Origin: Minisyncoccota bacterium | GTDB lineage: Bacteria; Patescibacteriota; Microgenomatia; UBA1400; UBA12028 | Length of the DNA stretch: 42,028 nt | Assembly (NCBI GenBank): GCA_003487265.1 | Contig: DNEP01000003.1 | Coordinates: 2,244 to 44,271, forward strand | Direction of reading: 5' to 3' | In this document: positions 38,304 to 42,028 of the stretch, in pieces | Position numbering within the stretch: the first letter of the stretch is position 1 | Layout of the letters: each line of letters starts with the position of its first letter | The notes under the pieces: model-generated | Database searches by the model: none | What the model saw: the letters and a program-made list of their open reading frames with translations, nothing else | Told to the model about the DNA's origin: nothing | Program-made: the position numbers and the translations under genes

Positions 38304-39100
38304 CGTCCCTCCGCCCCAAACTCACGAAGTCCGATGCGCCAAATGACTCGCAATACAATAAAAAAAAGGGCGATCCATCCCGCAAGAACTCCAATTCCGA
38401 ACCATATTTCTGGTACCGTGATCCGTTCTAGCCAAATATTTGCCTGCAGATGAAGAAAATATGGAAATGGAGTGAATTGAAGAACTCTTTGTATTTCTTG
38501 GGGCAAAGCGGTGATGGGGAAAAAGCTTCCCGATAAAAGTTGAAAAAGAGTGAAGAAAAGAAAACGAGGAGACCAAATATCGGGAGACCAAAACGCGATC
38601 ATGCTCAGGCACGCGTTAATCAAAAAGAACAACACGATCGACCCGAAGATTGCGAGAAAGAGTAATCCAATCATTTCCAGATTTGGCGAAAGAATGGCGA
38701 GATGGAAAAACGCGACGATAAGCCCAATTTCGATTGATCCGAACAACACATTCATCAACTTATCCCCAAGATCAATCGAAAATCGTACGAGAAATGGTGA
38801 AATGGGTTGCAACAGTTGAGTGGATAGTTCTCCATTTCGAATACTTTGTCCGAGTTCTTGCACTCGTGTTGAGGTGACAATGATTGAACACACATTGGTT
38901 ACAAAAAGATATGTAAAGATTGATGATCGAGAAAAACCGAACGCGGACTCTGTTCCAGTAAAAACGGTATCCCAAATCGAAAACGTGATGAAAAGTGAAA
39001 AAACTTGTCCGATGCGCCACAACACGAAACTGGTCATCCACGCAAACATGCTTTGCCATCCCGCGAGAATGATCAATCCATACGTTTTAAGCTTTTGCAT
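38300..39100 (-). CDS. ABC-2 family (DUF990-like) permease
   Basis: IRNGELS..LLQP, AFW, LSGSFFP...LP, PFPY; ends FGAEGR. Confidence 0.88.
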   Translation of the reverse strand: MQKLKTYGLIILAGWQSMFAWMTSFVLWRIGQVFSLFITFSIWDTVFTGTESAFGFSRSSIFTYLFVTNVCSIIVTSTRVQELGQSIRNGELSTQLLQPISPFLVRFSIDLGDKLMNVLFGSIEIGLIVAFFHLAILSPNLEMIGLLFLAIFGSIVLFFLINACLSMIAFWSPDIWSPRFLFFTLFQLLSGSFFPITALPQEIQRVLQFTPFPYFLHLQANIWLERITVPEIWFGIGVLAGWIALFFIVLRVIWRIGLREFGAEGR

Positions 39101-40076
39101 AGTCTTGGAAAAGATCCCGAATAATCGCCTCGATCGGCGCTTCCTCGATATTCACGTCGATGACGGGAAAAGTTTGCAAAATCGAACTCGCAACCTCTGA
39201 TGCGTTTTTTCGAGGGACATTGAGGACTGCGATGTTGTCTTCGTATGATTTTATAGTGGCGATTTTTTCAATTTTTTCTTGCGCGATGTGTTTTGCGAAC
39301 TCGACTGTGATAATTTTATTGACCGCGTATTTTTCGATAATCTTTTTCATTTCTCCATCGAACAAAATTTGTCCTTTATCAATCACAATGACACGTTTGC
39401 ACAGTTCTTTTACATCTTGCATATAATGGCTTGTGAGCAAAATGGTAGCTCCGAATTCCTGATTGTAGGTGCGAATAAAATCGCGCATCGCCTTCTGAAT
39501 AACCACATCGAGCCCAATCGTTGGCTCATCTAAAAATAATATTTTCGGGCTATGCAATAACGCGGCGATTAACTCACATTTCATTCGTTGACCAAGCGAA
39601 AGTTTGCGTACAGGAATCTGCAAAATATCTTTCACATCTAATAGTTCGGTGAGTTTACTGAGCGTTTTTTTGTATGATTCGTCCGAAATTTCGTAGATTG
39701 CTTTATGTAACAAAAATGTTTCAATCGGAGGAAGATCCCACCACAATTGATTTTTTTGACCCATGATTAAAGAGAACTGTTTTTGCAATGCGGGCTCACG
39801 TTTCCAAGGAGTGTGTCCCAACACCGTCGCGCTTCCAGAAGTGGGATACAACAGTCCCGCTAGCATCTTGAGCGTTGTCGTTTTTCCTGCACCATTTGGT
39901 CCGATAAATCCAACCAATTCCCCTTCTTGAATCTCAATATTCACCGCCTTCACCGCCTCAACCGTTTCGTATTTTCTCGAAAAAATAGCTTTTATTGCTC
40001 CTGCAAAACCAGGATCTTTTTTGTATACGCGAAATGATTTATGAAGATCTTTTGTCGAGATGATGGACGTGTTCAT
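39087..40076 (-). CDS. ABC transporter ATP-binding protein (DrrA-like)
   Basis: Walker A GPNGAGKT, signature LSLGQ, Walker B LFLDEPT, H-loop LTSH; GQKNQLWWDLP subfamily motif. Confidence 0.95.
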   Translation of the reverse strand: MNTSIISTKDLHKSFRVYKKDPGFAGAIKAIFSRKYETVEAVKAVNIEIQEGELVGFIGPNGAGKTTTLKMLAGLLYPTSGSATVLGHTPWKREPALQKQFSLIMGQKNQLWWDLPPIETFLLHKAIYEISDESYKKTLSKLTELLDVKDILQIPVRKLSLGQRMKCELIAALLHSPKILFLDEPTIGLDVVIQKAMRDFIRTYNQEFGATILLTSHYMQDVKELCKRVIVIDKGQILFDGEMKKIIEKYAVNKIITVEFAKHIAQEKIEKIATIKSYEDNIAVLNVPRKNASEVASSILQTFPVIDVNIEEAPIEAIIRDLFQDYAKA

Positions 40077-40094
40077 ATGCGCAATTGTACCACT

Positions 40095-40871
40095 CTAGGA
40101 TCCTGCGCCACTGTACCGTTTTATCGAGCGAATAAAAATAAATCGGGCTAACATGAAAAAGAAAACTGTTGCGAGCAAAAATGGAATCAAATGCTCGAGC
40201 CAAGTTTTTCCAATGAGAATTTTTGCGGGAATTGTTGTGATCAGTGCGAATGGAATTATTATCGTAAGAATAGCAGACAACAACCCTCGATATATATCGG
40301 ATGGCATTGACCAAAATCGTCGCATTGCCGCAACGATCTCAACACTGTTTTGCATGCGTTCAAAATAAAATGCAAGACAGGCACTCATAATCCAAAAACA
40401 ATATTGAAAAATCAACGCAATTACAAAAAAGATACTTGATAATAACAATGCCCCAGATGAAAATGCATCGAGATTCATCACAATAAGTGCCACGCCAATT
40501 ACCGCCCGAAGAATATTGGAAACACCAACATATTGGAACGAAACAAAAAACTGTGGATCAATGGGCTTCATAAGCACATAGTCAAAACTGCCCGAATGAA
40601 TTGAGGTGGCGAACTTCATCATATTTGAATAGAAAAAATTCCAAGTAAAGGTGTCAATCAACATATACACACCAAGAAATACCATCATTTCTCGTTGCGA
40701 CCATCCCGAAATAGAGGTTGTTTGCGAAAAAATGGCGAGATAAAACACGATGGTAAACAGCGTCCACCCAACCGACACGGCCATCCACATCAAAAAATCT
40801 GCACGGTTGTACAAGAATTGCTGAAATGAAAGAGAAAAAACTCGATGTATAACGTTGAAATATTTTCGCAT
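40095..40871 (-). CDS. ABC-2 family (DUF990-like) permease
   Basis: IHSGSFDYVLMKP, P..IY, IPFA.....PA; ends YSGAGS. ATG 40871 lies just after the upstream stop. Confidence 0.88.
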   Translation of the reverse strand: MRKYFNVIHRVFSLSFQQFLYNRADFLMWMAVSVGWTLFTIVFYLAIFSQTTSISGWSQREMMVFLGVYMLIDTFTWNFFYSNMMKFATSIHSGSFDYVLMKPIDPQFFVSFQYVGVSNILRAVIGVALIVMNLDAFSSGALLLSSIFFVIALIFQYCFWIMSACLAFYFERMQNSVEIVAAMRRFWSMPSDIYRGLLSAILTIIIPFALITTIPAKILIGKTWLEHLIPFLLATVFFFMLARFIFIRSIKRYSGAGS

Positions 40872-40873
40872 GT

Positions 40874-41668
40874 TTAACCACCTGCCGATGTATAGGTTCG
40901 TATGCCTTTTTTCCATAAAAAAGAAGCGAAAAAGTACAAAAAGACTGTTGAGCTTATAAGAACGATAAATGCTGAGAGTAGTGCATCGGTTGATTGTATC
41001 CTTCCCGATAGCAAAAACGCGGGGGTTTGAACGGTGTGTTGAAAAGGAAGTCGAAGCGCGATTCGTTGTAAAAATGACGGTAATAACACAAGTGGAAGCA
41101 GAAAACCGCCAAACAACGATTGAAGAATTGAAATAAAATGACCGATTCCTTTTGCTTCATCAAACCAAAATGCGCAGGTTGCGATAATAATGCTCAAAAA
41201 TGAGTTAAAGAAAAACGATCCCATGAAAAACGCAACGGTGTACATCACGAGCGCGAATGTTTTTGGAAATGAAAAAAATGGGATGCATAGCGAAAAACCA
41301 AGAATAAACGGAAGTGCCAAAATAAAACTCAACATTTTTTTTGAAAGTTCCTGTGTGATCATATATCCAAAAATAGGAAATGGTTTTGTGAGGAGCATAT
41401 CAAGATATCCATTGCGAATAACCGAAATCCATCCATTTTCGAATCGTGTTTGTGTAATATTTTCAACTAGAAAGACTGCAACATAATACTGCATCATCTG
41501 TGCAAGGGAAAATCCTCCAAAAGATTGTCCTCCCGAATAGATTCCAGCCCAAATCACAAGAAATGTGAATGTATTTAACGCATCGTAGAAAATCCAAAGA
41601 AAAAGTTCACCGCGGAATTGAAGATTTTCCGAAAGAAAGGTGAGAAAAATCACCCAATATTTGCGCAT
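40874..41668 (-). CDS. ABC-2 family (DUF990-like) permease
   Basis: IRNGYL..LLTKP, AFW, GGFLLPL.LLP, LPF; ends YTSAGG. Confidence 0.88.
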   Translation of the reverse strand: MRKYWVIFLTFLSENLQFRGELFLWIFYDALNTFTFLVIWAGIYSGGQSFGGFSLAQMMQYYVAVFLVENITQTRFENGWISVIRNGYLDMLLTKPFPIFGYMITQELSKKMLSFILALPFILGFSLCIPFFSFPKTFALVMYTVAFFMGSFFFNSFLSIIIATCAFWFDEAKGIGHFISILQSLFGGFLLPLVLLPSFLQRIALRLPFQHTVQTPAFLLSGRIQSTDALLSAFIVLISSTVFLYFFASFLWKKGIRTYTSAGG

Positions 41669-41685
41669 GATTCGATTTTACTGCG

Positions 41686-41961
41686 TTACCACACCATTTT
41701 TTTGAGTGGTTTGCCAACGCGGAAGTTCACCACGCGATGACCTTTGATGGTTTGTCGTTTGTCTTCTTTTCCAAATGGGACTACTTGCTTATCGTTCACT
41801 TTGCCAAGATGAAATGTTCCAAAACCTGAAAGAACGACCTTGTCACCTTTCTTGAGCGCGCGCATGATTTCGTCGAAAATGCCATCAACGGCATCGCTCG
41901 ACGCTTTTTTGGTGAGGTGGGCGCGTTTTGAAATGATAAGAACGAGATCTGATTTTGTCAT
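41686..41961 (-). CDS. hup: HU family DNA-binding protein with an atypical arm
   Basis: MTKSDL, V.L.GFGTF, F..GK.LK; 91 aa; AAGGAG SD. Confidence 0.9.
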   Translation of the reverse strand: MTKSDLVLIISKRAHLTKKASSDAVDGIFDEIMRALKKGDKVVLSGFGTFHLGKVNDKQVVPFGKEDKRQTIKGHRVVNFRVGKPLKKMVW

Positions 41962-42028
41962 ATGTTCTCCTTTTCACATAGCATACGCAGATTTAATGTA
42001 AAAATCAATGCGATGTATACGTGTTTTT

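Noticed and set aside
1-42028. CRISPR arrays, tRNA or rRNA genes, IS elements, integrases
   Set aside because: No regularly spaced repeats, cloverleafs, rRNA-length gaps or transposase/recombinase ORFs were seen; intergenic gaps are short and otherwise explained.

Overview
This window is core chromosome from a small-genome bacterium, most likely Patescibacteria/CPR and probably Microgenomates-like. That assignment is an inference from the missing rpmD/uL30, a reduced RNase P RNA, and the rpoBC-str-S10-spc-alpha-rplM-rpsI genes forming one continuous block. The code is standard table 11. Bases 1-1.6 kb hold the mltG 3' end and two orphan ORFs. Bases 1.9-30.4 kb hold rpoB, rpoC and the ribosomal superoperon, including rpmJ (absent from the ORF track) and an orphan inserted between rpsG and fusA. 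Next come a minus-strand ~300-nt RNase P RNA, a CmpX/MscS-TM-like membrane protein, and a shortened ComM/YifB gene broken by one in-frame TAA. The window ends with a minus-strand block: hup, four ABC-2 permeases around one ATPase, an orphan, prs, a TRAM-less miaB, miaA and an AI-2E transporter. I see no tRNA, rRNA, CRISPR array or mobile element. The most notable observations are: structured RNA candidates next to the RNA polymerase genes, including a loop complementary to the rpoA start codon; an RNAP with a rewritten rifampicin pocket, bridge helix and trigger loop plus an acidic beta tail; Lys-rich tails on five ribosomal proteins; gene-by-gene leaderless promoters in the minus-strand block; and GC-shifted core-gene ends next to orphans. 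None of these is shown to be a new system; all are hypotheses from reading the sequence.
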